Below, piece by piece: positions 55,391 to 64,000 of a stretch of DNA of 64,000 bases. Below the pieces are notes generated by a model that ran no database searches, was not told the DNA's origin, and saw only the letters and a list, made by a program, of their open reading frames with translations. The position numbers were made by a program, and so were the translations under genes. Location of the stretch: positions 2,400,001 to 2,464,000 of the forward strand of contig CBDFGR010000003.1 in the NCBI GenBank assembly GCA_965247115.1, in the 5' to 3' direction. This stretch comes from Myxococcota bacterium (GTDB taxonomy: Bacteria > Myxococcota_A > UBA9160 > SZUA-336). How positions within the stretch are numbered: the first letter of the stretch is position 1; every line of letters starts with the position of its first letter.

Positions 55391-56373
55391 CTGCGCGTTC
55401 CGATGAAGACGATCCGAGAGCCGCGGGGATCCAGGCCTACAGGAAGCTCACGGGGGTGGCCTAGTGCACGGCGGATTCCGTCATGGCGGTCGGGTGCGGC
55501 GAATAGCAGGAGGAATCCGCCTCCCCCAGCACCGAGAATCTTCCCTCCGCGAGCGCCAGCGGACCTCGCCCGCTCATACCAGTCATCTACCGTCGCGGTA
55601 CTGATTCCAGACACAAGGGATCTCTTAGCTTCCCAGCCTTCGTGAAGTAGATCCGCGAAGAGGTCGAGGTCGGGGCTGCGCTCGCCCGCCAGAGCGTCTC
55701 GCATCACGAAGGCAAGGTCACGCATGCGCTGAAGAGTGGGGAAGTTTGCTTCGGTCTTCCTGGCTTGTATCTCCAGAGTATCGTTCGCGTTTCTAGTCTG
55801 GCCGGTGTAGAAGAGCAGGAGATGTCGCTCCAGCTCCCGGAGCGTATCGGCTGTACAGGGAACCGGCTCCACATGAACGCTATCGTCCGGATTAAACCGG
55901 ATCAACTGGAGGCCGCCAAAGGCAGCGATGTACTGGTCTTGGCGGCCGATCGGGGCCCGAAGTCTGCTGATCTCGATTTCGCACGCCTCTCTGGCCAGCG
56001 TTCCTGGGCTAGCGGCGTGTCCCTTGTAGGCATGTAGAGCCATCAAGAGCCCGACGGTCAGGGAGCTAGATGAACCCATACCGGTCCCCGCTGGGACGTC
56101 TCCGATTGTCGTGATTTCGAGTGAGCCATCAAGTCCAGTAACCTCGAGCGCTTCACGTACGATCGTGTGTTTGAGTTGCGACGGGTGATCCACGATCTCA
56201 GTCGTTGAGTACGCGACTCGAACCGTCGACTCGAAACGGGGGCCGACAGTGACGTAGATGTGATGGTCGAGAGCGGCAGAAAGGACTGCACCGGGCTCCT
56301 TAGAGAAGAACTCCTGGCGATCCGTTCCACCGCCCGCGAAGCTCATCCTATACGGAGTTTCGGAGATGATCAC
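55387..56373 (-). CDS. GHMP kinase (D-glycero-D-manno-heptose 7-phosphate kinase HddA-like)
   Basis: TPYRMSFAGGGTD, PAGTGMGSSS, GRQDQY, GGKILGAGGGG. Confidence 0.9.
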   Translation of the reverse strand: MIISETPYRMSFAGGGTDRQEFFSKEPGAVLSAALDHHIYVTVGPRFESTVRVAYSTTEIVDHPSQLKHTIVREALEVTGLDGSLEITTIGDVPAGTGMGSSSSLTVGLLMALHAYKGHAASPGTLAREACEIEISRLRAPIGRQDQYIAAFGGLQLIRFNPDDSVHVEPVPCTADTLRELERHLLLFYTGQTRNANDTLEIQARKTEANFPTLQRMRDLAFVMRDALAGERSPDLDLFADLLHEGWEAKRSLVSGISTATVDDWYERARSAGARGGKILGAGGGGFLLLFAAPDRHDGIRRALGHPRELPVGLDPRGSRIVFIGTRR

Positions 56374-56625
56374 AAAGGCTTCCTAAGGGACGAAGTGAAC
56401 ATCGAAGTGTACCTCGAGCAGAGGGCGATTGATCCCTACCCGCTCTTGGCCGGCGCAGCACCGGCGACTGCAAGTGGCGGCTAGGTCTCAGAACGCTCCA
56501 ATTTGCGCGGCTCTGAGGGATCCCCTGCGTGCCTAGGATGCTGCTGGTCGGACTGACTCGAATGTCAATTCTGACTGGCGCGCGATTAGCAGACACTTGC
56601 CTGGTATCCTGGGGACCTGGGAGAG

Positions 56626-57624
56626 ATGGCTACACACATGCATGCTCAAGACGGGATTCGGTCTGGCAGAAGGGCTCACCAGGGAGGCGGAGGTCCCCCT
56701 GGTGATGTGCCTCGCCTGAGCTTCGGCCTGCCTGTCTACAATGGGGCTGAAAGCATCCGCCGCTGCTTGGACTCCTTATTGTCGCAGGATTTCCTAGATC
56801 TGGAGGTGGTGGTCTGTGATAACGCTTCCACTGATGGTACAGCCAGCATCATCCGGGAGTACGCAGAACGGGATTCGCGCGTGCGACCCTTCTTCAACGA
56901 GGCAAACATCGGACAAATCGAGAACTGCAATCGTGTTGCTCGACTATCTCGTGGGACGTACTTTCGTTGGATTGGTGTAGAGGATTGGATTGAGCCGAAC
57001 TATGCATCTCGCTCAGTAGATGCGCTGGACGCCGATCAAGGTGCCATCGTCGCGACTACATATGTGATGATCCACAGGAGCGACGGCCAGATTCGCCATG
57101 CAGCGTACAAAGGTGAGTTGCTTGAGTCTGAGCGGCCTGAGCGTCGCTTTGCAAGGATGATCTGGACTTTCCATGCGGGTGATGCAGTGTACGAGCCGCT
57201 GTACAGCACAATGCGTCGGAGCACCCTACTTGGTACCGGACTGCTTCGCGTGATGGTAAAGGCCGATCGCGTTCTCGCCGCAGATCTGGGTCTTCGGGGA
57301 CGATTTGTTCATCTACCGGAAGCTCTCGCTCACCGCTGGAAGCCGACCGACCTAGATGTGCAATCTGAGCCGATACGCCGTCGGTATCATCCGACTGGAT
57401 TTGACGAGCTGCCTATGGGGGCCTGGGTTCAGCTGGGAGCGCTCCTCTCTGTAATTCGAAAGGCTCCGCTAACGCGGTCCCAGGAACTCCGATGTCTGAT
57501 CTCGGCCATGCGTTTCTATGCGAAAGAGGCTTTTAAGATGGGACGCCGCTCGGTTCAACTGTTTCGGAGGCAGAGGCTCGGGTTGACTAGGGAGAGGCTT
57601 TTTCGTTGTCGTGATTGGCGGTGA
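56626..57624 (+). CDS. glycosyltransferase family 2
   Basis: GLPVYNG, VCDNASTDGT, NIG...N, YFRW. Start uncertain. Confidence 0.87.
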   Translation: MATHMHAQDGIRSGRRAHQGGGGPPGDVPRLSFGLPVYNGAESIRRCLDSLLSQDFLDLEVVVCDNASTDGTASIIREYAERDSRVRPFFNEANIGQIENCNRVARLSRGTYFRWIGVEDWIEPNYASRSVDALDADQGAIVATTYVMIHRSDGQIRHAAYKGELLESERPERRFARMIWTFHAGDAVYEPLYSTMRRSTLLGTGLLRVMVKADRVLAADLGLRGRFVHLPEALAHRWKPTDLDVQSEPIRRRYHPTGFDELPMGAWVQLGALLSVIRKAPLTRSQELRCLISAMRFYAKEAFKMGRRSVQLFRRQRLGLTRERLFRCRDWR

Positions 57625-57764
57625 GCCCCAGAAGTGCCACGCTATCGACGCGATGGATGAGAACGTCGACCTCGGCGATTACACCCCGTTCGGTGATTCG
57701 AGCTTCTCTACGAGTGAGGAGACAACCGTCTAGTGGGTGGACTACCAAAGGGAGTTCCCCGAAG

Positions 57765-58760
57765 GTGAGGGTAGGCGTGACCGGAGCGAACGGCTTCCTT
57801 GGCCGCCACGTCGTCACCTCGCTGCGTCGAGCTGGTCACGAGGTACGCGCGTTGATACGCCCGGCTGCCTCCATTCAGGACCTCGGGTGGGACGCAGGAG
57901 TCGAGGTCTGCCGGGTCGACTTGCAAACCAATGCAGACCTGGCAAACAGTTTGGCTGATCTGGTTGCGGTCGTTCACTTGGCAGCCACGATGTCGGGGGC
58001 GGACCTGGCGCGTTTTAGTGCCACTGTAATCGGGACCGAGCGCCTGCTCGAGGCCGTTGCCCAGAGCGAGGTGAGGCGCCTGCTTCTTTGCAGCAGCTTC
58101 TCGGTGTACGACTGGACGCGAGCTTTCGGGACAGTCGATGAGAGCCTTCCGCTGCTCGAGGGGCCCGGCGTCTATTCGAGATGCGACTACGCCGCGGCCA
58201 AACTCTGGCAGGAGCGCCTGGCCCGAGAGATGGCTGCGGCGCACTCCACGGAGCTTACCGTTCTGCGACCGGGTTTCGTTTGGGGCCCGGGCAATGAGTG
58301 TCCGCGCGGGAGCCTCGGAATCAGGCTCGGTGCGGTACACTTCATATTATCCGCCGGACGGCAGCTCCCGTTCACATACGTCGAGAACGCTGCGGACTGT
58401 GTCCGCGTGGCACTTGAGAAACCGGCAGCTGCCGGCGAGACGCTGAATGTTGTAGACGGCTTCGACCTCTCGGCTTGGCGTTTTGCGGGAGAGTGGCTGA
58501 CGCGTACGCACCAGAGGGGATTCCGAATTCAATTGCCCCACGCGTTGCTATGGCCGGCGGTTTCCGCCTGCTACTGGCTTGCCCGTCGGATCTTCGGAAC
58601 CAACGTGAAATTGCCAAGCAAGCTAATCCCTACTCGCTTCGCGCAAGGGTACCGACCGCTGCGCTACAGCACAGGGCGGCTACGCGAGGTTCTAGGCTGG
58701 TACCCGCCGCTCGATCTCGAGACGTGTTTGCAGCGTACCTTCTCGCCGACAGGGGAATGA
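57765..58760 (+). CDS. NAD-dependent epimerase/dehydratase
   Basis: VTGANGFLG, HLAA, SSFSVY, YAAAK, LRPGFVWGP. Confidence 0.87.
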   Translation: MRVGVTGANGFLGRHVVTSLRRAGHEVRALIRPAASIQDLGWDAGVEVCRVDLQTNADLANSLADLVAVVHLAATMSGADLARFSATVIGTERLLEAVAQSEVRRLLLCSSFSVYDWTRAFGTVDESLPLLEGPGVYSRCDYAAAKLWQERLAREMAAAHSTELTVLRPGFVWGPGNECPRGSLGIRLGAVHFILSAGRQLPFTYVENAADCVRVALEKPAAAGETLNVVDGFDLSAWRFAGEWLTRTHQRGFRIQLPHALLWPAVSACYWLARRIFGTNVKLPSKLIPTRFAQGYRPLRYSTGRLREVLGWYPPLDLETCLQRTFSPTGE

Positions 58761-60043
58761 GCGTGATAGCGCGGCGGATCGGCTACCTCGCGAGCAGCTA
58801 CCCCCGGGCCGTAGATACAGCCGTGCGCAATGAGGTGGTCGGACTCCGCGAGCTCGGCCATTACGTCGACACATTCGCGATTCGACGTGCTGATGCTGAT
58901 CAGCTTACCAGTGATCTTCACCGTCGCGAGCACGAACGTACAACCTACATTCTATCCGATCATTGGCTTGTGACTCCCCTAGCGGCACTTGAGCTGATGG
59001 TACGAAAACCGGCGCGTGTGCTGAGCGCACTTCGGTTGGCTATGCGGACGCGTCCGCGCGGCGTCCGCGGAGCGATCTGGCAGGCGGCCTACTTCCTGGA
59101 GGCAGCCTTTCTCGCCAAGCAGCTCCTCGACCGCCGCATCCAGCACCTTCACGTCCACATCGGTGAGAGCCCGGCGTCTGTCGCACTTCTAGCATCCGAG
59201 CTCTCGGGGATAGCGTACAGCATGACAATTCACGGCCCGTATATCTTCCGCGCCCCGGAGTACTGGGCCCTGGGTACGAAGATCGAGCGCGCGGCCTTTA
59301 CTGTCTGCATCACAGAGTTCACCAAGAGCCAGTGCATGATGTATGTTCCCTACACATGCTGGGAGCGGCTAGAGGTGATTCGTTGCGGGCCGGAGTTGTC
59401 GTTCCTCAGGCGCAATCCTCCTCCGCTTCGGGACAGCGCGCGAATCGTCTGGGTTGGGAGGATCTGCGAGGAGAAGGCCATCCCGATCCTGCTTGACGCT
59501 ACCGAACGGCTCTCCAGGGAGGGTGTGAAGTTCGAACTGGTAATGGTCGGCGACGGACCGCTACGCGGCCAGGTCGAGGCGCGTCTGCAGAGCAGTGGTC
59601 TCTCAGATCGCGTACGCATTACGGGCTGGGCAGACGTGGAGTGTGTTCGCCGAGAGATCGAGGAGGCGCGCGCGTTGGTGTTGCCGAGTTTCGCCGAGGG
59701 GTTACCTGCGGTGCTGATGGAGGCGCTTGCACTCGGGCGCCCCGCGATCAGCACATACGTCGCCGGGATACCGGAGCTGATTGAGCCCGGTGTTAACGGC
59801 TGGCTCGTGCCCGCAGGCTCAGAAGTGCACCTCGCTGCAGCGGTGCGACAAGCGCTTGAACTCCCGCTCAACGAGCTAGCGCGGATGGGCCGCGCTGGCC
59901 GCGCCTCTGTGCTTGAGCACCACGATCCGCGTGTTGAGGTCGGCAAGCTGGCCCGCCGTATCGAGCAGTGCATCGCCGAGGGAATCAACCCGGTCGCTAC
60001 CACGGAGTCGGGACAACCGGCCAGCGCCCATGATGGAGGGTGA
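58757..60043 (+). CDS. glycosyltransferase family 4 (WcaL-like)
   Basis: YLASSYP, HLHVH, VGRICEEKA, PSFAEGLPAVLMEA. ATGA overlap. Confidence 0.9.
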   Translation: MSVIARRIGYLASSYPRAVDTAVRNEVVGLRELGHYVDTFAIRRADADQLTSDLHRREHERTTYILSDHWLVTPLAALELMVRKPARVLSALRLAMRTRPRGVRGAIWQAAYFLEAAFLAKQLLDRRIQHLHVHIGESPASVALLASELSGIAYSMTIHGPYIFRAPEYWALGTKIERAAFTVCITEFTKSQCMMYVPYTCWERLEVIRCGPELSFLRRNPPPLRDSARIVWVGRICEEKAIPILLDATERLSREGVKFELVMVGDGPLRGQVEARLQSSGLSDRVRITGWADVECVRREIEEARALVLPSFAEGLPAVLMEALALGRPAISTYVAGIPELIEPGVNGWLVPAGSEVHLAAAVRQALELPLNELARMGRAGRASVLEHHDPRVEVGKLARRIEQCIAEGINPVATTESGQPASAHDGG

Positions 60044-60085
60044 CCGGCGAGTACCCGAAGCAGCGGGAGTGTGTGGAGGGTCGAA

Positions 60086-60877
60086 TTGAAGGTAGTTCTC
60101 TTTTGCGGTGGCTTAGGTATGCGCCTCCGAGAGTATTCGGAGCAGATCCCGAAGCCAATGGTGCCAATTGGATATCGCCCAATCCTATGGCATTTGATGA
60201 AATACTACGCACACTTCGGGCACACTGACTTCATCCTGTGCCTGGGATACCGAGCAGACGTCATCAAGCAATATTTCACCAGCTATGACGAGACGATGTC
60301 CAACGATTTTATCCTCTCCCACGGTGGCGAACGTGTCGAACTTCTAAACCGTGACATCTCGGACTGGAGGATTACCTTCGTCGACACCGGGACTCACATG
60401 AATATCGCTGGGCGGCTGACTGCGATTCGGGAACACCTCGGCGGAGAGGAGGTTTTCCTCGCAAACTACGCAGATGGTCTGTGCGACCTCCCGCTAGACT
60501 CCCACATCTCCCGGTTCATCGAGACCGGCAAGGTTGCGTCCTTTGCAACCGTCAGACCGACAACCACTTTCCACATCGTCTCTCTCGGGGAAGACGGTCT
60601 GGTGAGCGAAGTGACCGAGCTTGGTCATTCGGGAATCTGGATGAACGGCGGGTTCTTCGTCTTCAGAAGCGAGATCTTCAACTACATCAGACCGGGAGAG
60701 GATCTCGTCGACCAAGCGTTTGCTCGACTCATACGTGAACAGCAGCTCGTCAGCCAGAAGTACGATGGGTTCTGGAAGAGCATGGACACGTTCAAGGACA
60801 AGCAGGAACTCGACGACCTCTACTGGCGCGGAGAGGCACCGTGGGAGGTCTGGAGGGGGCGTGACGAGGCTGACTAG
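60086..60877 (+). CDS. rfbF: glucose-1-phosphate cytidylyltransferase
   Basis: KVVLFCGGLGMRL, PKPMV, WRITFVDTG, NGGFF, GFWKSMDTFKD. TTG start after GGAGG. Confidence 0.85.
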   Translation: MKVVLFCGGLGMRLREYSEQIPKPMVPIGYRPILWHLMKYYAHFGHTDFILCLGYRADVIKQYFTSYDETMSNDFILSHGGERVELLNRDISDWRITFVDTGTHMNIAGRLTAIREHLGGEEVFLANYADGLCDLPLDSHISRFIETGKVASFATVRPTTTFHIVSLGEDGLVSEVTELGHSGIWMNGGFFVFRSEIFNYIRPGEDLVDQAFARLIREQQLVSQKYDGFWKSMDTFKDKQELDDLYWRGEAPWEVWRGRDEAD

Positions 60878-60960
60878 CCCGTCACGATGGCAAGAATCTC
60901 TTTCTCTTCTCGGCGGTTACAGCCGACGGGGAAGGTTGAGAAACGATGTCAGCGGCTCGC

Positions 60961-63144
60961 TCAGTTGAGCAGGATTGGGGGAGAAGGTGGCCTGAATAGC
61001 AGCGTGCATTCCCCGCCCTCCGCGAGGATCTGTGCCGGCAACTTGCACAGTGCCCCACCAAAGTCGTCCCCCCACGCTCCAATGCCGTCGTGGACGTCAT
61101 CCCAGTTGCACGCCTCCTCACACCACCAGATCGGCGCGGTTTTACTCGATCGGTAAAGCGAGTGCGGTATGTCGCTATCATTGACATGGTCCGCAGATGG
61201 AGAGTCACCGCCGTAGTTGTTCCCTAGAACACCGTTTGGGCCAGTACCGGTGATGCAGTCACCACTTACCGTGCCGCACGACGTAGTAGCTTCAGGCGTG
61301 TCTTGATGGAAGCCGCAACGGCTGGAACTGGGATCACCCGTGCATGTGTTTGTGTTGCGGAACACGTTCTTCTCTACCCACAGGTTTGTCGTCCAGCTAT
61401 CTAGATCATGATCTCCGGTCAACGCATCGTCGTTGCTGTTACCCAACCAATTAGAGTAGAAAAACTCCGCAGTGTTGCCGATCACAAAGAACTCGTCGCC
61501 CGCAAAGATGTCGTTCGACGACTGAGCCCATCGGCTTTGTCCGTCTATATTCCCGCCAAATGACGAATCCCGCTGGGTCGGAGACGCGACAGTTCGGTTA
61601 CGGTAGTACCCGAGCCGCGGACCGTGCGACCCCCACCATATGTCCCAACTAGTGTTCGTATCCGAGTCGTTCCCTTCGACCAGGTTTTCCCCATCGTATA
61701 GACCGTGGCTGAAGAATCCTCTCTCATGGCTGTTAGGCGGGCTTCCCTGGCGGAGGTAGTTGTACGCCCAGACATTGCCGCGGGCACCCTGATGGGTGTA
61801 GATGCCCACGACGAAGTCCACTAGATAGTTGTTCTCGAAGACATTGTCGGTAGTGACCTTGTTAATCCGTACTGCTGAGGTCGAAAACGTCGAGTCGAGA
61901 TAGCCCCAGTTCCTAAATGTGTTGCCTTGTATCCAATTTCGCGCGGCGAACGTTAGGCGCAGGACCTCTCGCTCCGCACGTTCGACAACGTTATCTACAA
62001 CCCAGGACTCAATGACTCCGCTCATGGCAACAAAGGGGCTAGCCCCGCCTGCATCGATGTCGATCTGTGCAACAGACGAGTCAGACGTAAGCCTACAATT
62101 CTCGAGACCCACGTGTTCAAGTGGGGAATCAAAAGGCGATGCTACGCCCTCGTCAGAACAGGTGGCGCCATCAAGAGTGAAGTCCATACGATGTCCGCGC
62201 TCCAAAGTAATAGTGTTCCCATCAATCGTGGCGATCTTCTCAAGGGCGTAGAGAGAGAGATCTGTTGCCTTCTGTGCCCCAGGGATGTCCAAGTACGTAG
62301 GACACTTGGTCACCTGGGATCTATTGGCAGTCCAGCCAGTGTCCGCGATATTGAGAAACGCCCATTGTCCAACAGAGAATCCGCTTGAATCAGCCACACC
62401 GACTTCCGTTTCATGGTACGTATAGCCGCTTGTCCATGCGGTGGCAGGGCGCACCGCATCCTTTCCAATACTTACAATGTGAGCGCTACAGGCCTCGTTA
62501 GAAGTGAGCGTTCCGTTCGCGCAACTAGTCGCCCCCCTAATACCAGCAGTTGTCATTTCCAGAGTCGTAGCGGTGTTACTCTCGCAGCGGAGAACAATGT
62601 TGCTTCGCGGGATCCGTATTACTTCTCCAGTCGCATCCCCCATGTCATAGCTGCCGTTGGGCAGATAGATCACAGACTTGTCGTTGGCAGCGGCGATTTG
62701 GCAGTTTATGTCGCTGAAGTCGGAAGTGGCCGATCCAGATTCGTCTGCCGCGTTGGCTGGCGAGCATCCCCAGCTATTAGGGAACGCAGCTGTGCCCGAA
62801 GCTGGCGCGCAACCGTCTCCACCACCTCCGTCCACGGTGCAGGGATCGGAGGCGCATTCGCACGTCGCGTCGTACTGCATCCAGTTCTGAGCCGAGAGAT
62901 AGTTTGTCTCGGCGTCAGTGGGGGGATGCCACTGCGGAACGCGAGCAGGGGAGATGTTGAGGTCCCCTAGATCAATCGCCGTCTGCGCGGTTGCTACGAT
63001 TGGTACCAGCAGCAGGATGAAGATGGCAACTAGGAGGCAGGGCTCCGGCCTCACGCGCCAACGTGCTGCGGTAGGCCGCTCGGTCTCCGGCGACCTTCGG
63101 GACGGCTCCAGAACAAGCACTAGAGTCAATGTTGCAAGCCACAC
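60961..63144 (-). CDS. secreted right-handed beta-helix (pectate lyase-like) protein, Cys-rich
   Basis: Hydrophobic signal ending ATA-Q, VIYLPNGSY, SNIVLRCES, repeated N-rich strands (NWIQGN, NVFENN, NVWAYN, NLVEGN). True start probably downstream of 63144. Confidence 0.75.
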   Translation of the reverse strand: MWLATLTLVLVLEPSRRSPETERPTAARWRVRPEPCLLVAIFILLLVPIVATAQTAIDLGDLNISPARVPQWHPPTDAETNYLSAQNWMQYDATCECASDPCTVDGGGGDGCAPASGTAAFPNSWGCSPANAADESGSATSDFSDINCQIAAANDKSVIYLPNGSYDMGDATGEVIRIPRSNIVLRCESNTATTLEMTTAGIRGATSCANGTLTSNEACSAHIVSIGKDAVRPATAWTSGYTYHETEVGVADSSGFSVGQWAFLNIADTGWTANRSQVTKCPTYLDIPGAQKATDLSLYALEKIATIDGNTITLERGHRMDFTLDGATCSDEGVASPFDSPLEHVGLENCRLTSDSSVAQIDIDAGGASPFVAMSGVIESWVVDNVVERAEREVLRLTFAARNWIQGNTFRNWGYLDSTFSTSAVRINKVTTDNVFENNYLVDFVVGIYTHQGARGNVWAYNYLRQGSPPNSHERGFFSHGLYDGENLVEGNDSDTNTSWDIWWGSHGPRLGYYRNRTVASPTQRDSSFGGNIDGQSRWAQSSNDIFAGDEFFVIGNTAEFFYSNWLGNSNDDALTGDHDLDSWTTNLWVEKNVFRNTNTCTGDPSSSRCGFHQDTPEATTSCGTVSGDCITGTGPNGVLGNNYGGDSPSADHVNDSDIPHSLYRSSKTAPIWWCEEACNWDDVHDGIGAWGDDFGGALCKLPAQILAEGGECTLLFRPPSPPILLN

Positions 63145-64000
63145 TGTTCGTTACTCCCTAGGTCGCAATCGCACGACTGGATCCGACCCCAGCTCCTTCC
63201 GAGACATCGTTATGGGCGTGACGCATCTACTCTGAACTGGCAGATCGCAGGCCTGTCGTGGACAGTACGCTCACCGATTCCTAGAAACCCGAAGGCCTGT
63301 GTCTGAATTCCAAGTCTAGCCTCCGGCAAGTTAGCGGGTATACCGTACCAGTTGAGGCCGCCGATACCAGCAACTCAGCCTCGAAGCAAGGGAAGGCCGA
63401 TACTAGTAGCGGAGCCAGCTACCGAATGGCTCGCTCAGCTCACACCCTGGGCTCAGTTGCCCTAGCGGGGTCATCGGCTCATTGCCCCGGGAGCTTTAGA
63501 GCTCTCTCTATCGCGTGGCTTAAGTGACATCGGTGGACGTGACTCTGAGTAGCCATTAGTGCGACTGCTCGAGCTCTGGAGCTACTCCGCCTCGGCCGAC
63601 GTATTGTCGCCAACGGGGATCTCCACGGGTATCTAGCTAACTTCTCTCAGGAACTGAAGGTAACCGGTCGGCAGCTCTGGGTTCGGGTAGTTGACGATGG
63701 CAGCGCGCGGCCAAGGCGCTGCGCTTGTCGTCGCCTCGGATTGCGTTGGTTCCGGGAAATGGTTCCGCTACGCTAGTACGGGTTTCGGCACAGATCATAC
63801 AGATCGGCGATCGCACCTCGATATCCATTGTGAACAGGACCGGAGGCGACAGGGTGAGAGAGACAGCATCTCGGCTCTCTCTATACTTGCTCACGCACTC
63901 ATCCGCCTTTGGTAACTATTCCGTCGGCGACGACATACTGCGAGGTTCGCCTTTGCTCGCCGAGGAGAGCGGGATCTATGTCCATCTCGTCGATCTGCTC

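Noticed and set aside
63145..64000. Coding or ncRNA features in the last 850 bp
   Set aside because: Only short ORFs without motifs and no recognisable RNA structure. Left unannotated.

Overview
High-GC bacterial chromosomal window. Gene content suggests an uncultured Myxococcota/deltaproteobacterial lineage (inference only). (1) 1-~10.5 kb is the distal end of a tandem integration hotspot. Three 3' fragments of tRNA-Ser(CGA) (1167-1229, 6540-6581, 8090-8134), with arm-like and phased repeats beside the first, separate cargo modules: arylsulfatase, PafA-like phosphatase, DUF1989, AhpD/CMD, DUF1326+DUF2182 and a ferredoxin-oxidoreductase. (2) ~10.5-53 kb is mostly metabolic genes. It hides two selenoprotein genes that the ORF track splits at in-frame TGA: a UGSC-family protein and a DsbA/HCCA-isomerase-like protein, each with a SECIS-like hairpin at the same distance from the UGA. 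It also holds two diverged DUF222-like/HNH nuclease genes, each enclosed by its own cognate pair of CCCCGGGG-centred palindromes and sharing a promoter/leader. This is the best candidate for an undescribed REP-like mobile system. Two 107-bp REPIN-like hairpins bracket a PQQ dehydrogenase-SBP-cytochrome c (CxxxCH) operon. A ~1660-codon secreted PKD/C25-peptidase-like gene carries a PFVSF pentapeptide array and an internal TAG. There is also a decayed ParDE-like TA locus. (3) ~53.4-64 kb is a lower-GC polysaccharide/heptose biosynthesis region with a secreted beta-helix protein. No CRISPR array, rRNA or intact tRNA was found. All family calls come from recognising motifs by eye, not from database searches.
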